A stretch of 63,017 bases of DNA, filler included, from Hausera hauseri (lineage: Eukaryota), in assembly GCA_046269625.1 (NCBI GenBank). It is 13 parts of 13 records of this genome, joined end to end, with 100 filler letters (N's around TTAATTAATTAA, not from the genome) between each part and the next. Parts side by side here need not be neighbours in the genome. Positions count along the whole stretch, not along the records: positions 50,341 to 54,440 come from JBJURY010762540.1; positions 54,541 to 58,704 come from JBJURY010726769.1; positions 58,805 to 63,017 come from JBJURY010697104.1; 10 more parts are not named here. One strand, given 5' to 3'. A program made the position numbers and the translations under genes. Numbering within the stretch: the stretch's first letter is position 1; every line of letters begins with the position of its first letter. Shown piece by piece: positions 52,591-63,017 of this stretch. The notes beneath the pieces were generated by a model. That model saw only the letters and a list, made by a program, of their open reading frames with translations. It ran no database searches and had not been told where the DNA came from.

Positions 52591-54789
52591 CTTGTTTCAT
52601 TGTTCCAGCATTTGTCTAAGTATAAATATCTAGTCCATGCATAACTTACAATTTCTCAGGTTTGTGTGTTCTTTCTAAAGCGCATTCTCCACTCTCTGAT
52701 AACTGAGAGCTGAATTTGCGAACTCTATTGGGAATAGTGTCACTAAATACTTTACTAGTGAGAACAGCCCATCATATCAACAGATCTATTTTCCTGCGTA
52801 TTATAAAGATGTTCTTGTTCTTGTTTGATCTCCACATCGTCAGCTCTTCTGGATGAGCCCTTATAAGGGCTGTAGTCCTAGGAAGGACTCTGGAGTAGTT
52901 GCGCTGAGCATTCCTGCAGTCCCAGTGGTGTCTAGGAGGGTGGTCCGAGGTTTCTCAGGCTTTAGTGCAATGCTTGACCTCCTAGAAGTGATCCATTTCA
53001 ACCGGGGACCATGACGATAATCCCAACGTTGGCCAGAATTTCTTGTTTCCAGGACGCACTGCGTGGAAGTATTGAGAGGTCTTGGCCAGTAATGGTCCTT
53101 ACCCTGGCTAGATCGCGGATCGATCTCAGTCTTAGCGTCCCATTATAAAGATGTGTCCTGTTTTCCACTATTGCTACCTTTGTTCTTGCTTCATTCATTG
53201 CTTCTTGTCTGCGATAGTATTTTCTGTTCTTCTGCTACTTCTTTTATCTCTGAGGATACTTACGATTGTGGTATGTTTAGTAAAGTATAGACGTATTCTT
53301 CATTTACATAAGTTTTTCTTTCACTTCACTCGTTGTATGACCATTCTGAATTGTAAGTGATCCTTCGTTCTTAATGACACATTTTCCTCCCATCATGTTT
53401 ATAATTTCATAAAGTATTTTCATGTTGGTGTTGTATGCTGCTGTCTCTGCCTCTTCTGCTAATGTATCATTTACTGTCGTTTATCCGAATAGCATATTTT
53501 CTTTATTTCTTATTTGTGTATTTTTGTATGATGTGTTTTTCATTGGGTCTTCTGTTTTCCTATCACGAGAACACGTAATCCAGTAGACCTTCTGGTTTGT
53601 TCCATCTGTAACCACTCTGTTTTGGTCACTAAAGTGAATACACTTTTTTCCGTTTACATCACCTATACTTTCACTGTCCATTTTGTCCTCACTGTGGTCC
53701 TTGTTCTCCACACAATGAGACATCTTGTTTGAAGGCTGCATCCACTACTTCCTGCACACGCTCGGATCATCTTTCTTGCGAGTCTTCCTCTTCATTTTCT
53801 GCTGGTTCATTGCATGCTATTATAGCTAGCTTATCACGTGCTGAGTTGAACTTCCTACATATAAATGCTTTTTTTTTTTAATAAGTGATCCCCTCTATAT
53901 GAGTTTCAAAAACAGCTTGAACAGTACCCGATCTTGGGAACTTCTTGCATTCTTACAAGGTCCAATTGTATCCGTTCATTTCTAAATCTAATGCAGTTAG
54001 TTTTTCTGCTTGAATTTGTGTCCCAATATTCCAACTTCCAACTTGTAAGAATGTTTATGTGATACTGCATTATGTATAGTATCAATTACTTTGTTGTTAC
54101 AGTGGGTTCCCACTGTCGAGTTTTTGACTCCCTGGTCCTGACTTTCACAAGCGCCGTTCATACAATCAATTCATTTTCATCAACATTTATGGAATTTATC
54201 TCAGCGGACTCTGTAGCGGTTTGATTTATTACATACAGTTTGCTATACGGTCTATTAGTCCCCAGTTACAGCACGATAATGGAAATGCAGTGTACACATT
54301 TTTTTCCCGTTCCTAGAGTGCGTAATGAAAATTAATTAATGATAATAAAAATAACCATAACAGGATATTATCATTGCTGTTGTTCGTGGTGGTGGTAGTG
54401 TTGGCGTTTATGTTAATATTTATAATAAATATTCCGGCCGNNNNNNNNNNNNNNNNNNNNNNNNNNNNNNNNNNNNNNNNNNNNTTAATTAATTAANNNN
54501 NNNNNNNNNNNNNNNNNNNNNNNNNNNNNNNNNNNNNNNNCAACATTGGAACAATAGTTCCTCTTTCAGAGCCTCGCGTGAAAGATTGTGCTTCATGACT
54601 TTATCCAGAAGTTTCTCAATTGCCTCGAAGTAAGCCGCCGGTTCTGCTCCATTCATTTAGCATTTGAGTGCTTTTTTCAGATTTTCGCACAGCGTTGAGG
54701 ATCGGGCGAAAGCCTTCCGTAGTCTCTTTTGATATCCCGTTATTTTCGCATCTACTATCTCGTATCTTTCTTGTGCTTCTTTCGCCAAG

Positions 54790-57620
54790 AGACATTTGGC
54801 GAAATTTATCTGCAGGTTATGCTGGTGTAAGCGTTGAAAGATTGATATGATGTGTTCTTTGTGTTGTTTGGTTGAGAAAGAAACAATTAATATGTCGTCG
54901 ATATAGGGATGAGCATATGATAAATGGGAAAGGATAGTATCGATGTGGCGTTGAAAAGTCTGCTTAGCATTCCGTAAGCCAAAAGGCATGTACAGATATT
55001 CGTATAAGCCAAAAGGAGTAGTGACGGCTGTTTTTCTATATCCTCGGGTGCCACAGGAATTTGATGGTAGACTTTGGATAAATCAATAATAGAATAAATT
55101 GCAGTTGAGTGCAGACGGTGTAAGATATCCTTAATAAGTGGCAACGGGTATGCATCCATTATTGTCAAAGTGTTCAACTGACGATAATCACCACATGGTC
55201 GAATTGTTCCGTTCTTCTTTTTCACGACATGTAGTGGTGACGACCATTGGTATTTGGAGCGATGTACAATTCCGGAACGTTCTAGTTCTAGAAATTTGGC
55301 TTCAGCTGCCTGTCTACGACGAGGAGATAAAGGACGCACCTTTTGGCGGATAGGTCGTTCATATTGTGTCACAATGTGGTGAAAAGTGGTTTTTTCTGGT
55401 GCAAAAGACCTATCTTTTTGAATAATTCTAGAACAAGATACGCGAATAAATTGCTGCAAACTTGAAAGTGATTGTGAAAATTTTGGTTGTAGCGAGGAGG
55501 TCTTACGGGTAACTTTAGATGTATCAGTAACAGTAGCAATTCGGACGTTATTTGGTGATCGAGAATGAAGTGGTATTCGATACAGGATGGTAGTATTAAA
55601 GATGGTATTGTAGTTTGTAGTTTTATCGAAGGATTTGGCAGTGGTAACAGAATTACTTTCATTGCTGTGTAAATCCCAATCGCCAATAACATTGTTCTTT
55701 AATGATTTTATAAAACAAGGTGCCATGGTTGTAAAAAAAGGTTTGTTTAACGGGTTTTTTAATATCGGCTTTTGAGCTGCATTCACCCGTACGACAGCCG
55801 AACTTGTATCGTCGTGATCGAATCGCTCCTTATTGCGACCACTTGTTAAGCAGCGCTGTTTACAATCGACATAGAGGTTATAGTGCAAAAGAAAATCGGA
55901 TCCTAAAATGACTGTTTGGATATTGGCTACGGTAAATGTCCAGTGGAAAGTTTGAATAAATTTCGGAAGAATAAAAGAAAGCCTACATGTACCGGAAACA
56001 TGTAGTGGTTGTGCGGAAGCTGTAAATAAAGGTTTAATTTTGGATGAAGTGTGTTGAGTTACAAAGGTAAGCGGTAGTAAAAAAATCGCTGCGCCTAAAT
56101 CGATAAAAAAATTTATGTGTTGAGGTGTCGGTACGATGATGGAGACTTTTAATGTGAACACGGCGAAAGAAATTTTTCGGCTATTAGGAAGTAAAGAATG
56201 GCCTTCGCCAGTTCTCACCGAAAACTCTGGCAGTGAAGTTAGTTTTTTGAAAACGGGAAACCTGAGCGACTGCTAGAAACGAAAGTTGTGAGTTCGTCAT
56301 TTGCATGGTAGGATTTGTTTTTAAACGTGCAACCTGGGATACATTTGTGTTCATTATGTCTGAATTTTGCATGATATATGCAAATTATGTTATGAGTGTA
56401 GATTAGATAAATAATAGCTACACCCTAAACAGCATTTATTTGCTTTGTTGTTAAATTTGTTGCGATAATAACATACGAATGACCGTGTTGAAAACGATGT
56501 CCGATTTCTGGAAAAAGAACGTGTTTAATAAGGCGAGAGAGCATTCTGTCGATGTAAAGAAAAGTCATTCATTTTATCATTGATGATGTTGATTGTGTGT
56601 TAGAGTGCCGCATTTTTGGCGTGTAATTAGTTCAAATGGTGTTCGATGGATGTATGACGTTGATTGTCATCAATCGTAATAGCGGCTGATATGATGGGTT
56701 GTGATTGAATTTGTAAGACTTCGCATGCTTTATCTGCCAATTCACCCAATTTATCTAAGGCTGTAGAATTTTCAACAACGGTAAGTAAAGCCCTAATTTG
56801 AATGGGTAAGGCATTAAGGAAATATCGTCGAAGTAGATCCGGATTGTGTTCCTTGGTGGTGCCTACAGTACGTAAGTGAGCTAACGAGGTGCGTAGAAAA
56901 TCACTAGGTTTTTGTGTCCCCGTTGCGTTTTCGTGAAAGAAGCGTTGAATTATAGAGTAAATTGGTGGTTCTATCAGTTTTAACACAGCATCGAACAATT
57001 GGGTATAAGGGTCAGGGTGTTGAAAAATGTTCAGTAAGTTGTGGATTGAGGCCTTTATGGAATTTGGTACAAGGTACATTAGATTATGGGCTTTGGATAA
57101 CGAGTCTGAAATACCGTTGGACTGTAACCAGAGTTGATGGAAGTGGAGCCAAATTTTGCTAGACTTTTCATTATCTATAAAGTATTCAGTGCAGTGTGGG
57201 GTAGTATTGATAGTATTTTTGTGAGAAGAATTTGTATTGGTTAAAGTAGGTGGATGACTTGAATTGGGGTAGTACAGAATGGATTTCGATTTTGTGGTCA
57301 GCTTATCGGTGATGTCACTGGTTGATGGAGAAATCGTCCCGCCGCGGATTCTAGGATTGATATGTATACACAGATAGTTATGTGAGGCCGTGTGGGAAGT
57401 CGACTAACATGAAACCGTTGTGAGTCAAAAAGAAATCGCTGTAGGCGGAGGTATTATAAATGATAGCGTATAGTGATGTTTCGATACGTTGTCTGACATG
57501 TACTATTTGTATTAGATTATTATTAACATAAAGGTAGAGGGGAAATGATGGTAATGTACTTTAAACCGGGTAGTGTGATATATCATTTGAAGTTAAAAGA
57601 GTTGCTTTAGACGTTTCTTT
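54790..57620 (-). mobile_element. Ty3/Gypsy CsRn1-like element: gag-PR-RT, truncated after RT
   Basis: Gag GTQKPSDFLR..LLRRYFLNALP; FFIDLGAAIFLLP..ILGSDFL; RPCGDYRQLN..IDLSKVYHQIP..MPFGLRNA..PYIDDIL. Clear nucleotide homology to 6825-9171. Confidence 0.92.
56239..56248 (-). promoter_or_regulatory. -1 frameshift slippery site A AAA AAC plus gag stop
   Basis: The pol ORF (54887-56218) lies in the -1 frame relative to the TAA at 56241-56239. Confidence 0.75.
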
Positions 57621-57796
57621 TAAATATGTCCGATCTGCTGACTCACTATGGTTTATGGATCTGTAGCCGATGAATATTAAAAAAAACGACAATAACTAGA
57701 AGGGGACGGATTCTGTCCATAGTCAGAAGCTCTAGTCAGGTACACGCTGTAATCAGAAGAATAAATCGGGCCCACTTTGCTATAATGCGCCTTGAT

Positions 57797-58700
57797 TCAA
57801 CCTCGTCTCATTGCAGATATATTAATCTCAGTAGATGATTTAGTGTCGAATTTTGTAGGTTTGGCAAGGTATTCAGTGATTACCATCTCGTTTTTGCATT
57901 GTAATATGCAGCATAGTATACGCGTCTGTAGTAATGAATGATAAAATGGCAAACTTTTATGAGGTGAATGGACAGGGAAGGTGACATGAAAAGAAAACTT
58001 TAAGTAAATAAATCTTAAGTAACGACCGCAAAGGTGGGCTATGTGGTAAAGGGGTGAAGTTGTGCCAACAGCGAACATGTTAGGAATAAAAACGTATAAA
58101 AAAAAGAAAAAGGGATCGCTACTGAGAAATGAATTAAAAAAATTGTCGCCGGGCGAAAAACAATTAATGAAATATCCTACCTCATCGTGCACTGGTCTCT
58201 CCACGGTTGGCAGTAACATTTTGTGCTGTGGGTACGGCAGATCGACTTTTTCATGTCGTGTCGTCTTGTGAGCGATCTGAATACACAACGACTTTATGAA
58301 CGAACCCGCCAGTTTGTAACGTTGTCTGATTTTCATCGTATCTTACATGCTTACCGTAGTTTGACATGATCATTCTGTTTGCTCCACTCTGCAGTCTAAT
58401 AAGGATAATATCACCAGTCGACAGCAGCTGTTGTTGTTTTATCTGTTGACTGAATCTGCATCCGCGATCCATGCACCGAGTGATGACATCTGTGAAATCT
58501 ATCGGCACTTCGATTAATGCAGGATAATCGAATGGTATTTTGTGTGGCAGGTTAGTACCCCATAATGACGTCATGGAAAGTGTACACGGTTTGATGAGCT
58601 GTTTCAAAAGTTTGTCGACAAATGACAGTAAATGGTCATGAGAAAATGGCAGCAGTTCCAGCTGCAGTAGTTTCATAATGGCAGATATTTCTGCATTGGT
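57797..58700 (-). pseudogene. Unknown upstream ORF region of the CsRn1-like element, homologous to 6132-6971
   Basis: Shared PxM...PL(F/Y)H...(F/Y)LR(Y/F)I and AKPxKxxTxxSxEINxSxMRR motifs. Confidence 0.5.
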
Positions 58701-58806
58701 GTCANNNNNNNNNNNNNNNNNNNNNNNNNNNNNNNNNNNNNNNNNNNNTTAATTAATTAANNNNNNNNNNNNNNNNNNNNNNNNNNNNNNNNNNNNNNNN
58801 NNNNGA

Positions 58807-61800
58807 TTATTATTGGCAGGAACAGACGGTACCCCGGAATCGGTGGACATAGATCCATTATTAAGAACATTATTGGCTAGATTACATACGTCATTCGCCT
58901 CGTTTGACATGCAGACAATAATACCCGATGAATTATTTACAACGCTACACAACCATATGCTACGAATAAGTAGGCAATTTTATGAAAATTTAGAGGAGGA
59001 ACGAATAAATGAGCTACACGAGATGGATATCTTAGAAAAGATGTTCGCAACTGGAATTACACGTGAAAAAGCTCGGACGGCGATATCGTATCTATTATAT
59101 AAAATAATAGTGATAAACCATCAAACGCAAAACTTAGAAGAAATAGAACGGAATATACGAACGGCTGTGAAAATTTTGAAAGATACATTAGGTAATTGGG
59201 CTCAATGTAGAGGTGGGTGGCTAAGTAGTCTGATGACTAATGTAGTAAGGTCTGGAGACCGAGAAAGACCCATACAGACGCCACTTCCGACACAACCAGG
59301 TATCGCTAGGGCAGGTATGACAGGCATGTCAATGATGGAGATCATTCAAATTCTCCTAATAACATCACTGCTTATGCCAAAAGCGGTAGGTATAGTAGCG
59401 TATGACTGCTCTAAACCCAGCGAAGGTCAAAAGTACTCTTTGGTAGATTTGGAGAAATGCCCAGAAGCTGACCCAGAACAATTAACAACGACAGGTGGCC
59501 TGACATACTGGGTATACCAAGAGTCTGAGTTTATAAAAGCGAAAGTCAGGGAATGTTACGTAAAAAGATCATTTTTCTTGTTTAATTGTGCTTATTATTC
59601 GGGAAATACAGCCATAATTGAGCCTACGACACCTTTTGAGCCGATTATTATATCACGAGCAGAGTGTCAAGACGCTTTTAAGATTGGCATTATTACGATC
59701 CAAAACGCGCATATACCGGCAGTACGAAATCGAATAAAATATACCAGAATATACCGGGCAGGAAGAATAGATAAAACTGCAGAAGGTTCGTGTAAAGGAG
59801 TGGACTATGACGTAGGAGGCACTATTGCGCCTAGAACGGTAGCTATCGAAGATTATCAAATCCAGTTAAAGGAGTATGAAGTGTTGTTCGACTCACAAAC
59901 AAAATTGATGACAACTATGAGTGAGTGCGAGTACGATAACGGAGAATGTGATACTGGGGAGTCAAAAATGACATGGGAAACCCTAGCAAGCAAATGTCAA
60001 TTGACGTTATTAAAGGAAGGAAAATTTAATAAAACGGTAGGAAAATCAGCGGAGAAAGAAGCAGCAACGTATAAAGAGGGAACCAAGGAAGTAAAGATGA
60101 CGGAGGTAGCTACGATTGTGTATTCAGAAAACCCAGAAGATATGATGCGATTTAAGATCACGGGAATAGCAACTAAGTGTAATGAAGAAGTAACGAAAAC
60201 TAATTACAAGGGTATCTTTTTATCGAGAAAAGAAATACCTGGTGCAAAGACCAAGATAGATAAGAGAGATATAAAATTGACGCAATATTTCGACAATAAA
60301 ATCGATTTTCTGATCAATTATGTAAGAAAAGAAATTAGGGGTTTATATCGCGAAATAATAATGAACGAGTGCAAGTTGAATTACGAGATAATGCGCAATA
60401 AGATGGCGCTGGTGATAACAAATCCGGATATGGTAGCGCCAGTGTTACCTTTTGGTGATGGAGTTATTGGAAGAGTAATGGGCGAGATTTTAATAACAGT
60501 AGAATGTAAGAAGGTGGAAGTATCGATTAGACCTACGGAAGAATGTACAATGGAATTACCTGTTGTTTACCATTCGGAAGCACGATATGTTATGCCAGTG
60601 ACTAGGATACTTCTCGATGTTAATGTAAAGCCCACTCTGTTATACAATTGTACTTTTAATATGTCACCAATGTTTAAGATCGATAACGATAAATGGATAA
60701 GGATGCCGAAAAGAGAGCCAGTGCCTAAACCGGCGACGTTGAGTCTGATTAACTTACAAAGAAATCAGAAGTTTGAACCACTAACAGGAATATCCCAGGG
60801 AGGAATTTATACCCAACAAAATTTGGAGGACTATCGACGGATGTTATTGTTCCCACAACAAAGACAGCGAGTAATAACCGAATTGACGAGGAGAGTAATG
60901 TGGGATGGCGAAGGATCACCACAATGGGAAAACCTGATGGGTAAAGACTATTTAAAGAAGGTAACGAAAAGTATAATGGAAAAGATATGGGGAAAGTTCT
61001 TATATTTTGGTCAAGCAGCCTCCGGCTTTCTAGCGATATATTTTATTATCAGCGCCCTACGAACGGTATTTACGGCCCTAGGCAAAGCATATGGAATACA
61101 TGCTGCAGTAGGATGCTCGTGGAAGATTTTAATAGCGGTAATACCGGCGGTAGCAAGTTGCTTCTTGGCAAACCACGATGCACGATGGAAGAGGAAAATA
61201 TTAAAAAGGAGAGACATGAAAGAATCCTTGTATAGTATACCCAATGATAATGATGCGGAATATAGCCAAGTGAAGGAAAAGAAACGAGTACCCAATATTA
61301 AACACTTAATGCTGAGGAAACGGAAATCTAAGTACAGACAGAGGCTAATAACAGACCTGCCTCGTCTAGATCCTGTGGATGAATACCATGGACAAGAGTA
61401 TAACGACCAACCGTTGTTAAATCCTTCAGCTCCCCGATATGTAGTACACACAGGACTATACCCTATGCAACAAGTTCAACAGATGAGACAACAGTTGGAT
61501 GAAACTATGATCCCGTATAAACGTGAACCCACATATATTGTCAATGATAAAGATGACCGCCAACCACCGGTAAGACCCGAAATAGAAATAGAAGTGAATG
61601 GATACCCTATGATGGCTTTGTTAGATACTGGGTCAACTACGACGATAATGGGAAGAAGCCAACTACCAAAGGAATTGAAAAGGAAATTGCGACGACCGAC
61701 TACCACATTGGTGAATATAGGAGCATTTGGCACCGAAGAAGAAATTAAAACGGTTCTAGATGCCAAAATTAAGATTGGTGACCAAATTTTGAATCACACC

Positions 61801-63017
61801 ATACGAATAGCCGATAACCTTACTAACGAAATTTTAATAGGATGTGACGTATTAAATCAATTGGAAGATGCATACATTGACATGAGAACATGCCAACTTA
61901 AGACGTTCGGCGAAGACTGTAACGAAGGAATGGTCTCATTAACGAGAGACATCACGATTCCACCACGATCGGAGATGATAGTTCCCGGAAGAATAGAAAG
62001 TAGAATATTACCGGAAACTATTTATTTTGAACCATGCCCACAAGTCATGGAAAAGTACGAAGTCTTGATTGCCCCTCACGTGGATAAAGTAAGAAATGGA
62101 AAAATCCACTTACGAGTCTGTAATACAACAAATAGAGAAAAACGATTGCGAAAAGACACCAGATTGGGAAAAGTAACAATAACTGAAGAAATAATAAAAG
62201 AAGAGACCTTTTCATTGATATCAGATGTAGATAAAATAGAAAAGATGATGACAGAAAAACAGAAGAAGAAACCAAACGAAGGTAAAAGAAATAAAACTAC
62301 GAATATTGACTGGAATGAGAAATTGCAAAAATGCGAAATTTTGAGTAAGGAGGAAAAAGAGATGCTAGTTAAGTTGTTAGAAAAGAATACCAGTCGATTC
62401 GCACAAACTGATTATGATCTCGGCACCATGAAAGTAATACAACATGTTATCAAATTGAAGGATGGACAGGACAAACCAATTAAGAAGAGACCATATCGAC
62501 TGGCATATGACAAGAAGCAGGAAGCTCGTAAAATAATAAAGGAAATGAGGGAAAATAAGATAATTCGACCAAGCTGCTCACCATGGACAGCACCGGTAGT
62601 AATGGTTAAAAAGAAAGACGGAAGTATGAGATTTTGTATAGACTATAGAGCTTTGAATGAAATAACTGAGACAGACACATACCCATTGCCAAGAATCGAC
62701 GAGATTTTAGATAAATTACACGGATCAACTATATTCACAACCATTGATTTACAAAAGGGTTATTGGCAAGTGGAGGTTAAAGAAGAAGATAAGCCAAAAA
62801 CAGCCTTCTCAATTGGAGAAGGGTTATGGGAGTTTAACAGGATGCCATTTGGATTAAAGAATGGACCGCCAACTTTTCAGAGAGGAACAGAACTCCTGTT
62901 GTTAGACGCTCCACATGCCATGGTATATATAGATGACGTGATAATAGCATCACCAAATTTTCAGCAACACTTGAAGGATCTACAAGATCTCTTTGATAGA
63001 TGTGAGATAATGGGCCT
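58807..63017 (+). CDS. Uninterrupted partial polyprotein (about 1,403 aa, open at both ends): Bcl-2-like domain, signal, chuvirus-like Env, TM, PSAP, aspartic protease, Gypsy RT
   Basis: Hand translation in frame +1 found no stop. WAQCRGGW 59197-59220; signal 59326-59391; AYDC 59398-59409; TM region 60997-61170; PSAP 61423-61434; LDTGS 61621-61635; RFCIDYRALN..IDLQKGYWQ..MPFGLKN..YIDD 62926-62937. Confidence 0.93.

Noticed and set aside
4831-58804. TTAATTAATTAA motif repeated 12 times, and apparent clustering of Polinton, Gypsy and Env elements as one locus
   Set aside because: The motif is an assembly spacer inside N runs, so cross-contig adjacency carries no biological information.
59653-62275. 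Short ORF-track calls (59653-59859, 60987-61235, 61011-61451, 61476-61766, 62045-62275)
   Set aside because: Shadow ORFs overlapping the long frame +1 polyprotein.

Overview
AT-rich eukaryotic DNA, probably from an invertebrate animal. It consists of 13 short contigs joined by artificial 100-nt spacers (N...TTAATTAATTAA...N), so neighbouring contigs need not be adjacent in the genome. The content is almost all mobile or repetitive: a Maverick/Polinton capsid module and pPolB remnant, three CsRn1-like Gypsy elements, Tc1 and pogo relics, LINE/SINE fragments and a 6.7-kb 30-bp satellite. The main result is a family of Ty3/Gypsy-type elements with an unusual gene order. The best copy is an uninterrupted reading frame of about 1,403 codons at 58807-63017 (+), which the ORF track missed because it has no stop codon in the window. 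By hand translation it reads: Bcl-2-like domain, internal signal sequence, chuvirus-like (AYDC-type) envelope glycoprotein with TM anchor, PSAP late-domain linker, aspartic protease, RT. Divergent decayed relatives lie at 31891-36207 (Bcl-2-like + Env), 36308-41358 (Env-PTAP-PR-RT-RH-IN) and probably 16059-20206 (RH-IN-extra domain-PPT-LTR). All domain calls come from motifs recognised by eye; no searches were run.
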